Part shown: positions 17,377 to 27,750 of the stretch, one piece after another | How the letters are laid out: each line of letters opens with the position of its first letter | Numbering within the stretch: the stretch's first letter is position 1 | NCBI GenBank assembly: GCA_965213625.1 | Contig: CBDBZU010000004.1 | Location: 3,808,001 to 3,872,000 of the forward strand | DNA length: 64,000 nucleotides | Source of the DNA: a bacterium | Lineage (GTDB): Bacteria > UBA8248 | Direction of reading: 5' to 3' | Translations under genes and position numbers: made by a program | Notes under the pieces: generated by a model | What the model was told of the DNA's origin: nothing | Seen by the model: the letters and a program-made list of their open reading frames with translations, nothing else | Database searches by the model: none

Positions 17377-18456
17377 TTAACTGTCGCTCACGAGAATGAC
17401 CGCCTCTTTTTCGATGGTCAAACGGACCTTACTGCCCACGCCGAAGAACTCATGCGGGTCGCCGATGACGCGAAGCGGTTCATTCAGACCCGGCACCTGC
17501 ACGAGGTAATCCACCGTGCTCCCGAAATAATAGCCGCGCGTCACCTCGCCATCGAGCACGTTCTGTGCGTCCGAACCGCCCACGTCGGCATTCTCGGAAT
17601 GCACCTGGATGCGGTGGGGCCTTATGGAGACGAGTTCTCCCGTTTTGCCGCCGTCTGCGTTCATCATGAATTTTGCGCCGTCGTTGGCCTCGAAAAGCTC
17701 AGGGGAACCAATCTTTCCTGGAATCGAGTTCGTCACGCCGACGAATTCGGCCACGAACTTCGTCGCCGGAATGTCGTATATGTCGGACGGCTTGCCTACT
17801 TGCTCGATTTTCCCGCTGTTCATGACGCAGATTCTGTCGCTGGTGACCATGGCCTCGGCCTGATCGTGGGTCACGTAAATACTCGTGATGTTAAATTCAT
17901 CGTGCAGGCGCCTGATCTCGAAGCGCATCTCCTCGCGCAGGTTGGCGTCGAGGTTAGAGAGCGGCTCATCGAGCAACAATACGGCCGGCTCGACCACGAG
18001 AGCGCGGGCCAGCGCCACGCGTTGCTGCTGGCCACCCGAGAGTTCTCCCGGATACCGGGCGCCCAGATGATCCATCTGCACGACGGAAAGCAGGCTCTTC
18101 ACGCGCTTGTCCGCCTCGGCGCCCGTAATACCGCGGAATTTCAATCCATAGCCTACATTCTGGGCCACCGTCTTATGCGGCCAGATGGCGTAGCTCTGAA
18201 AAATCATGCTCATGTTGCGGCGCTCGGGCGGTATGACACTGCTGGCGTTCGATACGGTCTCCCCATCCATGATGATTTCACCGCCGTTCGGCTCGATGAA
18301 ACCCGCCACGAGGCGTAACGTCGTCGTCTTGCCGCAACCCGATGGCCCCAAAAGAGAGATCAACTCCCCATGTTCGATGTGCAGGTCTATTTCATCCACC
18401 GCCCGAACGTCTGTGCCAAATATCTTCAATAAACCTTTTAAGTCTAAAACCGCCAA
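17377..18456 (-). CDS. ABC transporter ATP-binding subunit (FbpC/PotA class)
   Basis: GPSGCGKTT, LSGGQQQRVALARAL, LLLDEPLSNLD and VTHDQ; TOBE-like C-terminus. Confidence 0.95.
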   Translation of the reverse strand: MAVLDLKGLLKIFGTDVRAVDEIDLHIEHGELISLLGPSGCGKTTTLRLVAGFIEPNGGEIIMDGETVSNASSVIPPERRNMSMIFQSYAIWPHKTVAQNVGYGLKFRGITGAEADKRVKSLLSVVQMDHLGARYPGELSGGQQQRVALARALVVEPAVLLLDEPLSNLDANLREEMRFEIRRLHDEFNITSIYVTHDQAEAMVTSDRICVMNSGKIEQVGKPSDIYDIPATKFVAEFVGVTNSIPGKIGSPELFEANDGAKFMMNADGGKTGELVSIRPHRIQVHSENADVGGSDAQNVLDGEVTRGYYFGSTVDYLVQVPGLNEPLRVIGDPHEFFGVGSKVRLTIEKEAVILVSDS

Positions 18457-18472
18457 CGTAAATCTCCCTTAT

Positions 18473-20218
18473 CTATCCTGCGGAACGCATGAAGTCCCGT
18501 CCCGCCACGCGGAAACCGACTGCAATCGCTACTAAGGTGATGGCCAAGAGCAATACGCCTAAGGCCGATATGGGACCCAACAGCGTTTCTTCATAGAAAT
18601 CGACGATGACCACCGAGATGACCTTCGTATTCGTCGTCCAAAGCAGAACCGAGGCGCTCAATTCCCTGAGCGAGGGCATGAACACCAATATCCATGACGC
18701 GATGACGGCAGTCTTGAACAAGGGTATCGTCACGTCCTTGAAAACCTGAAGCCGATTCGCCCCCATAATGCGGCAACTCTCCTCGAGTTCGGGATGAATG
18801 CTCGTGAGGCCCGCATTCGCCGTCTGATACGCAAGGGGCAAGTATTTGGTGAGATAGGCCAGGAACATTATCCACAGCGTCCCATACAGCACAAAGGGCT
18901 GTTTCGTATAAGCCGCGAACAGACCCACCGCCAGGACGATACCGGGAATCCCGATGGGCGCTGTGGCCATGAACCCCATATATTGATGGCCCTTGATGAG
19001 CTTGCGCTGTGCGATGAAAGCGGAAATCGCTGCCACGATCGTGGCGCCCGTCGCCGCCATGATGGCTAGCAATATCGTATTGTATATCGACTCTCTCACT
19101 GCATCGTTGGTCAAGATGAAATGATAATTCCAGAGAGTGAAGTTCGCCCAATTCAATCCGCCGCCCAGATTTTTCATGAACGACGTGGTCAGCAAAGCGA
19201 GCGATGGCAAAACGATGGCGCACACGAGCGGAACCATGCACAGCACGAATATCGGGAGCCGCCAAACGCCCAGCTTTTGCGGCCGCCTCTGCCCTCCCTT
19301 GCCGCCGACTGTGGCGTAACCCCTGCGGCCCAATACAATGCCTCGAGTCCAGACCATCCCTATCGCCAGAATAAGCATGGGCATTGCGTAGGCGGAGGCC
19401 AGACCGAGCAGGTCGTCTTCCGAGACCATGAAAGCGCGGAGCTGGGTCGTCATCGTGTGCTGGCCCGCCGGTATCGCCAAGACGGCCGGGATTCCGAAAA
19501 GAATCATGGCTTCAAGCGCCGCCAGAATAAAACCCGCGAACAGAGAGGGCGCCACAAGCGGTAAAGTGATGCTGAACATGGTGTTGAACGTTCCGCCGCC
19601 CGCCACGTTTGCCGCGTCTTCCACGTCCGAGGAAATATTGTTCAGGCCTGCTAAAACAACGATAAAGACGAGGGGGAACGTGTAGAGCGACATGGCGAAT
19701 ATGACGCCCTTCATCGTAAAAATATCGAACAGATAAAACTCGTCACTCAACTGAAATATCCCGCGAATCCATTTATTCAGCCACCCTTCGTTTCTTCCCG
19801 CCAGGAATATCCAGGCAATGGCGCCGAGAAAGGGAGGTGTCACGAAAGAGGCCAGGATGCCGTTCCTGATTAAATTCGGAAATGGGATGTCCGTTCGGCT
19901 GACCACCCAGGCCATCACGGCTCCCACCACCAGGGAAATGCTGCCCACGGAGAGGGCAAGCATCATCGTGATGTACATCGGCTTGTAGTATTCATCGGTT
20001 TCGAAAGCGTCGATATAATTCTGGAAAGTGAAGCCGCCGGCCTCATCTTCAGAAACAAAGAAACTTTCCTTGAAGAGTTGGAAGATGGGATTCGCCACCA
20101 GGATGATCAGAAGGATGAGCAGTACTACCCAGACAATGACAGTATAGTCGAATTTTTTGGTGGCTGAGGGCTCGCCTCCCGAGATCATTCCGGGTAGCTG
20201 TTGCGCATCTTGCGTCAT
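18473..20218 (-). CDS. ABC transporter permease (FbpB-like, two BPD domains)
   Basis: Two EAA-like loops (VEDAANVAGG; LEESCRIMGA), many TM segments. Start estimated at ATG 20218. Confidence 0.92.
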   Translation of the reverse strand: MTQDAQQLPGMISGGEPSATKKFDYTVIVWVVLLILLIILVANPIFQLFKESFFVSEDEAGGFTFQNYIDAFETDEYYKPMYITMMLALSVGSISLVVGAVMAWVVSRTDIPFPNLIRNGILASFVTPPFLGAIAWIFLAGRNEGWLNKWIRGIFQLSDEFYLFDIFTMKGVIFAMSLYTFPLVFIVVLAGLNNISSDVEDAANVAGGGTFNTMFSITLPLVAPSLFAGFILAALEAMILFGIPAVLAIPAGQHTMTTQLRAFMVSEDDLLGLASAYAMPMLILAIGMVWTRGIVLGRRGYATVGGKGGQRRPQKLGVWRLPIFVLCMVPLVCAIVLPSLALLTTSFMKNLGGGLNWANFTLWNYHFILTNDAVRESIYNTILLAIMAATGATIVAAISAFIAQRKLIKGHQYMGFMATAPIGIPGIVLAVGLFAAYTKQPFVLYGTLWIMFLAYLTKYLPLAYQTANAGLTSIHPELEESCRIMGANRLQVFKDVTIPLFKTAVIASWILVFMPSLRELSASVLLWTTNTKVISVVIVDFYEETLLGPISALGVLLLAITLVAIAVGFRVAGRDFMRSAG

Positions 20219-20286
20219 ATCCGCATCTTTCCTTTTTGAAATCAAAACATTTTCAAAAAATTCATTCTGTCAAAACTAAAATGAAA

Positions 20287-20325
20287 CGGGAGCGATTTCT
20301 CGATTTACGCAAGAAATCGCTCCCG
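20287..20325 (-). terminator. Hairpin/partial terminator between the SBP and permease genes
   Basis: Perfect 14-bp stem cgggagcgatttct / agaaatcgctcccg, followed by tttcatttt on the minus strand. Confidence 0.7.
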
Positions 20326-20337
20326 CTCATACTTGAT

Positions 20338-21357
20338 TTATACGCCGAAGAGCTTCTTGAACATTTTGCGCGTCGGCTTGTTCTTCTTCTTCAGTTCATC
20401 TCCGCCGATGGCCATCAGGTTGATTTTGTCGAGTGGCGGCAATCCTTTAGGATACTTCACGCCGGGATCACCCACATAGAGGAAGTAATCCGCCAGAAGC
20501 TGCATGGCCTCTCGGCTGAATAGATAATCAGTGAACACGCGCGCGGCGTTGGGGTTCGGGGCCTTCGTGAATACGCCGTTCGGCGAGGTCACCAAAGCCA
20601 GACCCGTCGGCGGGATGACGGGCTTGAGCGGCTCGCCTTTCTGCATCAGTTTGAGTAGCGAATACGAGGTCGTGCCCGCTCCCAGCCAAGCCTCCCCACG
20701 CGCTACGAGAGGAATGCCCCCGGCCGCCGATTGCACGATCTTGGGCTTTTGCTTGGCCATCTTCTTGTAATAATCCCAGCCGAATCTGTTCACGATGTTG
20801 ATCATGCCGTTCGTGACAAACCCGCTGTAGCTGGGATGCGAATGAACTATTTTGCCCTTCCATTTGGGATCGAGGAAATCCGCATACGTCTTGGGCGCGT
20901 CTTTCTCGCTGACTTTCTTGGTGTTGTAAAAGGGCATCAAAACGCCCGCGCGAAGGATCGTCCAGGAGTTGTCTTTGGTAACGAACTTCTCGTTGAAGTT
21001 GTCCGTTCCGGCAGGCTTGTAGGGCGTGATGATTTTCTTGGCTTTTAAGTTCAGGAAATGGCCCAGGTTCGATGTGTGTATCACGTCTGCGACGTAAATG
21101 CCGCCCTTGCGCTCTTGCAGATAACGGCGGTAGAGCTTGCCTGAGCCGTCACGATGTACGATGCACTTAACACCCGTTTTTTTCTTGTTGTAACGGTTGC
21201 AGAGATCCTGTGCGATGTTCAAAGTGATGGAGGTATACCAGGTTACTTTCCCTTCTTTCTTGGCGGCGCGCATGGTCGCCTCATCCGCGGCGAAAGCGGG
21301 TGCGCTCAAAAGAGCGACCGCCAACAGACCAGCAATGATTCCTTTCAGCATTTTCAT
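20338..21357 (-). CDS. ABC transporter extracellular solute-binding protein (Fe3+/thiamine-like family)
   Basis: Signal peptide, AAKKEGKVTWYTS, APKTY.D.LDPKWKGK and APNPNAARVF.DYL.S.E motifs. Confidence 0.9.
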   Translation of the reverse strand: MKMLKGIIAGLLAVALLSAPAFAADEATMRAAKKEGKVTWYTSITLNIAQDLCNRYNKKKTGVKCIVHRDGSGKLYRRYLQERKGGIYVADVIHTSNLGHFLNLKAKKIITPYKPAGTDNFNEKFVTKDNSWTILRAGVLMPFYNTKKVSEKDAPKTYADFLDPKWKGKIVHSHPSYSGFVTNGMINIVNRFGWDYYKKMAKQKPKIVQSAAGGIPLVARGEAWLGAGTTSYSLLKLMQKGEPLKPVIPPTGLALVTSPNGVFTKAPNPNAARVFTDYLFSREAMQLLADYFLYVGDPGVKYPKGLPPLDKINLMAIGGDELKKKNKPTRKMFKKLFGV

Positions 21358-21567
21358 TCTCCTCTGCTTGTAAAGTAGCAGCTCAAAAAAAGTGCGAAGA
21401 AACTCAATGTCAAGAATCTTCGGCGCACGTCCTGTCTACCTGCCAGTGAAATGTAAGATGCTTTCAAAAGATGAAGTGAATCATATCAAAACTGAGCGCA
21501 TCGTCAAGCAGGCAAATTTGCGGGATAAAGCCAGAATCTGGTGCGTATTGGGTCATGGCCGTGAAGC

Positions 21568-22821
21568 TTATGCTTCACCCTCTTGCGGCTTTTTCCCGCC
21601 AATGAAGCGCCGGGCGACAAAAATCGTGGCGACCCCTCCCAGGATAGCGGCAACTCCCGGCCCGATGAACGCCCAGTCCCAATTGAGCGGCAGTTCACCA
21701 GTACTCGAATCATTACTCATATCTAAAAATTTCCCCACTACCATGGGCGCAAGAGAACCAAGCAGAAAACCCAAACCCGATTGAATGCCCAGCGCCGAAC
21801 CGAGGTGGCGTCTAGGCGTGAGTTCCGTGGTCAACACCACCAGCACGGGGGCGTCCACGTGCATCACGATTACCCAGATCAGGCATAGAATCTGCAGGAT
21901 TGCGAATGGCGTCCCGAAAGCGAACCCGATGGTAACTGATATCAGACCGCTTAAAAAAAGGCTCGCGATAATCGTGGGTGGGCGACCAATGCGATCGGCA
22001 AACCAACCACCAATGAGCTTCGAAACCGCGCTCAGCCCGATGATCAGCGCGGCGGCAGAGGACGCGACGTGGAGCGCACTCTCGCGCGTTTCCGTTCCCG
22101 CCACCACCAATGACGCCGCCAGGAATGTGACTATCCAGCCTCTGAATGCGAACACCTCCCACCTGTGCGCGCCCACGACGCCCATGAGCACCCACACGGG
22201 GGCCGGCAACCTGGGAAGTTCAAACCCGGCGTCCCCATCTCCCCTCGGAGAGGGCAGAGAGGGGAGCAGAAACACCATGGCCAGGAAACCGGCGGCGGGT
22301 CCCAGAGAAGTCAACGCGAACGCCGTGCGCCACTCGAAATTTGCGACGAGCGCGCCCGTCACATAAATCGAGGTGGCGACGCCTACGGTGTAAAAAAACG
22401 TATACACCCCCACCATACGAGCACGCCTCCCTTGCGGGGCGTACTCCGCCACCAACCTCAACGCAGGTGCATATGTGCCGGCCAGCCCCACGCCTGTCAG
22501 GCCGCGAAACACCGATGCGCTTACGAAACCATCGGCAAAGAGGGGAAACATAAAATTCAGGAGCGCCAGCCAGAGGCTCGAGGCCAGATATATCTTCTTC
22601 GCGCTCATGTAGTCCGTTGCAGTCGCCAGCACGGCCGCGGCGAGGATGTAGCCCACGTAAAACGCCGTATAAATCGTGCCGGCCTGCACGTTCGTTAGGT
22701 TCCATTCCGCCTTGAACAGCGGAAGCGCCGCTACATAATTCGCATAGACGAACATCATCGGCACCTGCGCCGCGCAAATCGCCCAAAGCCAATGGGTTGA
22801 TGTTCCGTCATGCTTATTCAT
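21568..22821 (-). CDS. Major facilitator superfamily transporter
   Basis: About 12 TM segments, GG..ADRIGR motif A, RGLTGVGLAGTY.P. Confidence 0.9.
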   Translation of the reverse strand: MNKHDGTSTHWLWAICAAQVPMMFVYANYVAALPLFKAEWNLTNVQAGTIYTAFYVGYILAAAVLATATDYMSAKKIYLASSLWLALLNFMFPLFADGFVSASVFRGLTGVGLAGTYAPALRLVAEYAPQGRRARMVGVYTFFYTVGVATSIYVTGALVANFEWRTAFALTSLGPAAGFLAMVFLLPSLPSPRGDGDAGFELPRLPAPVWVLMGVVGAHRWEVFAFRGWIVTFLAASLVVAGTETRESALHVASSAAALIIGLSAVSKLIGGWFADRIGRPPTIIASLFLSGLISVTIGFAFGTPFAILQILCLIWVIVMHVDAPVLVVLTTELTPRRHLGSALGIQSGLGFLLGSLAPMVVGKFLDMSNDSSTGELPLNWDWAFIGPGVAAILGGVATIFVARRFIGGKKPQEGEA

Positions 22822-22971
22822 ACAAATCCTCTGGTCCAGGAATGAAAAAGAGGATAAAGGATTCGATTCCCTCTGGCGAGGGAGCAGGCGTATCCTTGCC
22901 CGACTACCCGTAAGCGAGCATCCTGATGTACTCTGCGTTCATAGTTGATTCTTATTTCATGGAACCTAGCG

Positions 22972-23850
22972 ATGCCTACACCCGTTATTGATTTCAGAGT
23001 CTCATGCCCCATTCCCGAGGGTCTGGACAGATACCTGAAACCGACGGGCCGACTTACGGACTACGCCAGACACTATGGGGACAGGGTGTTCGGTAACGAG
23101 GAAGAACACCGCTACTTGAAGCCTGAAGAGTTCGTCGCCTTCCTGGACGAACAAGGGGTGGATAAGACCGTGATCAAGACTTCCGACATGACGACGATCT
23201 CGGGCACGAAATTTCCCGCCGAAGTTTTGCACGAATACATCAAGAACTACCCGGACCGCCTCATCGGAACGGCCGGGTGCGACCCGTTTCGCGGCATGGA
23301 CGCGCTGCGCGATTTGGAGCGCGACGTAAAAGAATACGGACTCCGGGGCGTCAACATGGGGCCGTGGGAACTCGGCCTTCATGCGAACGACAAGAAGTTC
23401 TATCCCATTTACGCCAAATGCGTGGAGTTGGACATCCCCGTTCTGCTCCACACATCGATGAACCTCTCAAGCTCGAATCTGCTCGATTACGGGCGCCCGA
23501 TCTACCTGGACGAGGTGGCGAGAGATTTTCCCGAGCTTCGCATTGTGGCGGTGCACGGAGGCTGGCCGTGGATATTGGAGATGATCGCCGTGAGCTGGCG
23601 ACATCCCAATCTGTACATCGAAGTCAGCGGCACGATGCCCAAATACATCGCCACGCCCGATACCGGCTGGGAGCCTCTGATTCGCTACGGGAACTCGGTG
23701 CTTAAGAACAAGATTCTGTGGGCCTCGAACTGGCCGATGATCAGCCCCAGGAAAAGCCTGGCTGAATTCGAAAAGTTCCCACTAAAAGACGAAGTGAAAC
23801 AACGCTGGTTCGGTGGAAATGCTCTCAAGGTGCTGGGCCTGGATGAATAA
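22972..23850 (+). CDS. Amidohydrolase family protein (Amidohydro_2)
   Basis: YPDRLIG, YPIYAKCVELDIPVLLH, DFPELRIVAVHGGWPW, HPNLYIEVS, KILWASNWP and GGNA motifs. Start ATG 22972 estimated. Confidence 0.9.
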   Translation: MPTPVIDFRVSCPIPEGLDRYLKPTGRLTDYARHYGDRVFGNEEEHRYLKPEEFVAFLDEQGVDKTVIKTSDMTTISGTKFPAEVLHEYIKNYPDRLIGTAGCDPFRGMDALRDLERDVKEYGLRGVNMGPWELGLHANDKKFYPIYAKCVELDIPVLLHTSMNLSSSNLLDYGRPIYLDEVARDFPELRIVAVHGGWPWILEMIAVSWRHPNLYIEVSGTMPKYIATPDTGWEPLIRYGNSVLKNKILWASNWPMISPRKSLAEFEKFPLKDEVKQRWFGGNALKVLGLDE

Positions 23851-23862
23851 ACCTCAGAAACA

Positions 23863-23897
23863 GAAAAAGCGGGAGCTTTGACCACTCCCGCTTTTTC
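23863..23897. terminator. Bidirectional intrinsic terminator
   Basis: gaaaaagcgggag-loop-ctcccgctttttc between convergent amidohydrolase and dapA. Confidence 0.88.
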
Positions 23898-23924
23898 GTT
23901 CTGATTTTCTCGTTCAGAATATGT

Positions 23925-24818
23925 TTACGACGCCGCCACTGCTTCTTCGACCAGGCCATATTCCCTGGCGAACGCCTCCAGCTTGCTCATGTTGGCGTCA
24001 GACGGCGCGCAGAGCGGCAGCCTGTATTCCAGCGCAATCCGCCCCATAATCGCCAAGGTCGCTTTCGCCGGAATCGGGTTCGTCTCGCAGAACATCATGT
24101 GGTTGAGTTCCCACATCTTGTAGTGCAGCGCTTTCGCCGTGGCGGTATCCCCATAGAGTTGGGCCTGACACATCCGGGCCACATCCGCGGGCGCGACGTT
24201 CGCCGTCACCGAAATCGTGCCCACACCGCCCATCGCCATCATCGGCAGCGTGACGAAGTCATCGCCTGAAAGCACGATGAAATCATCCGGTACACGGGAA
24301 ATGATGTCGCAGCAATTCGCCAGATTCCCGGTCGCTTCCTTGATTCCCACGATGTTGGGAATCTCAGAGAGGCGCGCCACCGTATCGGGCGCTATCTGCA
24401 CAACCGTGCGGCCCGGAACGTTGTAGAGGACGATCGGGATGTCCGCCGATTCCGCGATTGCTCGAAAATGCTGATAAAGCCCCTCCTGCGTTGGCTTGTT
24501 GTAATAAGGCGCCACCAGGAGAGCGCCATCCGCACCGGCCCGCATGGCGTATTGCGTACGCTGAACGGCCTCTGCGGTGCTGTTCGAACCGGAGCCGGCG
24601 ATGACCGGAATCCGTCCGTTCACCTGCTCGATCACCAACTCTACGACCCGGTCGTGCTCTTTATGGCTTAGTGTGGCGGATTCCCCCGTGGTTCCACACG
24701 CCACTATCCCGTGCGTTCCATTTTCAACATGAAATTCCACCAGAGAGCGAATGCCCTCTTCGTCGAGCTTTCCGTCGCGGAACGGAGTCACCATCGCGAC
24801 ATAAGAACCTTTAAACAT
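23925..24818 (-). CDS. dapA: 4-hydroxy-tetrahydrodipicolinate synthase
   Basis: MFKGSYVAMVTPF, GTTGES, PYYNKP, YNVPGRT, IVGIKEA and ETNPIP.K; GGAGG RBS. Confidence 0.97.
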   Translation of the reverse strand: MFKGSYVAMVTPFRDGKLDEEGIRSLVEFHVENGTHGIVACGTTGESATLSHKEHDRVVELVIEQVNGRIPVIAGSGSNSTAEAVQRTQYAMRAGADGALLVAPYYNKPTQEGLYQHFRAIAESADIPIVLYNVPGRTVVQIAPDTVARLSEIPNIVGIKEATGNLANCCDIISRVPDDFIVLSGDDFVTLPMMAMGGVGTISVTANVAPADVARMCQAQLYGDTATAKALHYKMWELNHMMFCETNPIPAKATLAIMGRIALEYRLPLCAPSDANMSKLEAFAREYGLVEEAVAAS

Positions 24819-25078
24819 AAGAAGACCTCCTTTTCCTTCCGCCCATCGCGGCAAAAAGAATGTCATACCCCATTTTCAGACAGGGCACATTTTACGCGCA
24901 TCAACTTTATGAACCTAGGGTTTACTAAATACCCCTTTAGTAGTTCAAATCCTATCAGAGCAACCGGAGAGAAGCAAGAAATGGAATTCAAGAGTATGGC
25001 GCGTACTGAGTTATCGTCATTATAATCAAATATATGAACATCCGATCGAGGTTCCAACCGCCCCCCAAATTCCTCATT

Positions 25079-25107
25079 TTGACAAACGCCAGGAAAAAGT
25101 TTTTAAT
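25079..25107 (+). promoter_or_regulatory. Sigma70-type promoter of the carboxypeptidase gene
   Basis: TTGACA-N17-TTTAAT. Confidence 0.55.
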
Positions 25108-25193
25108 AGGCTTGAGTCCAACGGGACAACTATCATTCCCGGGACATTCACGAAACCCACCTGAACCCGCCCAGAAGACGATAGGGAAAACGC

Positions 25194-26375
25194 ATGTTAC
25201 CCGCCCTGGGACAACGCCGGCGATTCTGTTTGTCCATCATCGCATTCGCATTGTTGTGCACAAGTTCTCTGACACTCGGCGTGGATTCGGCTTCCGCTCG
25301 CCAAAAACGCTCCCGCAAAGCGGTCATCCCCTATCGCTCGATTCTGTTGATTGAAGCGAATACGGGGCGAGTCCTGAAATCAAAAAATGAACGGCTCGGC
25401 ACGAAACCCGCCTCCATCGTAAAAATGATGACCGCATTGATCGCCATGGAACACATTAAAAGTAAAAGCATCCATCTTGAGGAGATCATCACCACCAGCA
25501 GACGCGCCTCGCGAATCGGGGGCCAGCAGGTGTATTTGAAGCAAGGAGAAAAATTCTCCCTGAGAGATTTGATGAAATCCATCATCATCAGTTCTGCAAA
25601 CGATTCATCCTACGCCGTGGCGGAACACATTGCCGGGGACGCCGAAGCCTTCGTCGAGATGATGAACCAGCGCGCCAAAGAACTCGGCATGACGAACACC
25701 CGTTTCGTGAACGTCAACGGGCTTCCACCGGGCGGAAAAAAACCGACCAATCAGATGAGCGCACGTGACGCCAGCATCCTCGCCCGCGAGTTGATTAAAT
25801 ATCCTCTCATCATGAAGTGGAGCGCCACCAAGAATGCTCCTTTCAGGAACGGAACCTTCACCCTGACCAACACGAACACTCTCCTAAGGCGGTTTCGCGG
25901 GATGGATGGCCTCAAAACAGGCTATCACCGAAGAGCGGGATTCAGCATCGTCGCCACGGCGAAACGCAAAAATCTAAGACTCATCGCCGTCGTGATGGGG
26001 TCGAGCCAATCCAAACGCCGATTCAGAGAGGCCAGACGTCTGCTCTCGTGGGGATTCAGACAATACCGCTGGATCGATTTGGGCAAAACCAAAAAACCGA
26101 AACAACAGCAAATCAAGGTGCTGAATGGCAAGAAACGGATGGTCCGCATTCGGTTCAAGGAAAGTGTCGCGTCATTGGTCAGGAAAGGCGAAGAAAAGCG
26201 TATCTCCATGAAACTGGAATTGCCGGAAGAAATAACTGCACCCGTCAAGGCCGGCCAAAAAGTTGGCCGCGTCACTTATGAACTGGGAGGCAACAAACTC
26301 GGCGGAACCGACCTCGTCGCTGTCGATTCGGTCAAGAAATTAGGCTTTTTCCAATCCTTGATACGCTTCCGGTAA
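25194..26375 (+). CDS. dacA: D-alanyl-D-alanine carboxypeptidase (peptidase S11, PBP5/6-like)
   Basis: PASIVKMMT (SxxK), SAND (SxN), DGLKTGY (KTG) and a PBP5 C-terminal APVKAGQKVG. Confidence 0.93.
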   Translation: MLPALGQRRRFCLSIIAFALLCTSSLTLGVDSASARQKRSRKAVIPYRSILLIEANTGRVLKSKNERLGTKPASIVKMMTALIAMEHIKSKSIHLEEIITTSRRASRIGGQQVYLKQGEKFSLRDLMKSIIISSANDSSYAVAEHIAGDAEAFVEMMNQRAKELGMTNTRFVNVNGLPPGGKKPTNQMSARDASILARELIKYPLIMKWSATKNAPFRNGTFTLTNTNTLLRRFRGMDGLKTGYHRRAGFSIVATAKRKNLRLIAVVMGSSQSKRRFREARRLLSWGFRQYRWIDLGKTKKPKQQQIKVLNGKKRMVRIRFKESVASLVRKGEEKRISMKLELPEEITAPVKAGQKVGRVTYELGGNKLGGTDLVAVDSVKKLGFFQSLIRFR

Positions 26376-26394
26376 GCCAGCAACGCAAATCACT

Positions 26395-27615
26395 TCATTC
26401 TGAATGAACCTCGTACGCCCTGCCGATAAAAGGCAAGGCGATGGCCATGTACATCAGCATCACCACCTCGGAATCGCCAAAGTTGTATTCAAATATTCCA
26501 GAGCTTAAAAAACCCGCCGCCACGGCCAAACCACCTACCATGCGAAATCGCGTTCCAAAAGGCGCGTCCTTCGTATCCCGAATTCGCTGTACCACCAAGA
26601 CGAAATAGCCGACCCAGGCCCACATCCAGGCGCCCAGAGCAAAAACTCCCCGCTCGGCAGCCAAATGAACCACGTTGTTATGTAAATGGGACGGAAATTT
26701 CCGGGCCGCGTCGGGGTTCGCATAACGGGCGAAATTGTCTTTGATTCGTCCGGGGCCAAAACCCAGTAGCTTTTTATCCATGAACATATTGATGCCGCTT
26801 TGCCACATGTAAATCCGCTCCACAGCCGTTTTGTCCTGGAGATTCACCATGCTCTTCACGCGCTGGCGGATGGATTGAGGCGCCATGAAAATAGCCAGCA
26901 CGACCACCAGCGCCAAACACAAACCCACCACTTTGCGCCTGCTCACCACCGCCACAGCCGCCGCCCCAACGACAAGGCCAACCCAGGCGCTGCGACTCAA
27001 AGTCGTTATCAATGAGGCGAGAATCAAAAGGGCCGGCGCATAGACCCACACGCCCTTGCTTTCCCGAGTCGGCACCAAAAGGTACGAGAACGCCAAAAGG
27101 CCGACCACAAGCAAAAAACCGCCGAACGTCATGTATATGCTGAAAAAGCCCGATGCTCGATTCGCCAGCGACAATGTCCCCAGAAGCGAAACGCCCAAGG
27201 CGTAAGCGGCGGCCACGCTCGTAGCCACAAAGAGCACTTTCACCAACCACAGCGCTTCCCGGTCATCCTGGACGACGTTCAAGGTCAAATAAAAAATCAT
27301 GATTTGCGTCAATTCTCTCGTTTTGATCAGGCTGTTAAGCGAATCGGGCGCATGGAAGGCGCTGGCGAAAGTAAACAGCGCGAAAAAAAGCCAAGGCATC
27401 CACAACGGAAATTTTTGCGTCACCAAGGGAGCCGCCTTGGTCATGGAAGCCAGCCATGCCACAACGGCGGTGAACACGCATATTTGAGCGAGCGATATCG
27501 AAAAAGGGGCTGTGACGGCAAAACCGAGAAGCCCGCCGAACGCCACCCGAGACGCCGGTGAACGCTTCCTGAAGTACTCTTCCAGTTCCGGGAAATGGAT
27601 TGTTAGCTTGTGCAT
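26395..27615 (-). CDS. O-antigen ligase family protein
   Basis: Polytopic; TLSRSAWVG, ER..MW, LLGFGPG and HLHN motifs; located in the LPS cluster. Confidence 0.88.
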   Translation of the reverse strand: MHKLTIHFPELEEYFRKRSPASRVAFGGLLGFAVTAPFSISLAQICVFTAVVAWLASMTKAAPLVTQKFPLWMPWLFFALFTFASAFHAPDSLNSLIKTRELTQIMIFYLTLNVVQDDREALWLVKVLFVATSVAAAYALGVSLLGTLSLANRASGFFSIYMTFGGFLLVVGLLAFSYLLVPTRESKGVWVYAPALLILASLITTLSRSAWVGLVVGAAAVAVVSRRKVVGLCLALVVVLAIFMAPQSIRQRVKSMVNLQDKTAVERIYMWQSGINMFMDKKLLGFGPGRIKDNFARYANPDAARKFPSHLHNNVVHLAAERGVFALGAWMWAWVGYFVLVVQRIRDTKDAPFGTRFRMVGGLAVAAGFLSSGIFEYNFGDSEVVMLMYMAIALPFIGRAYEVHSE

Positions 27616-27750
27616 GAAGTTGTTCTCTCAGCTCAGAGCCGAATGCACTTGGTTGTGATTTCTCAACGTCTTTTGTGATTCATCATTGTGATTCGAATCA
27701 GGTTCCAAAAAGCGGAAACTCCAACTCATGATTGTATGATACGAACAACC

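Noticed and set aside
24911-24946. Inverted repeat tactaaa-N6-tttagta upstream of dapA (possible lysine riboswitch or operator)
   Set aside because: Short and AT-rich, lacks recognisable L-box features; may be chance
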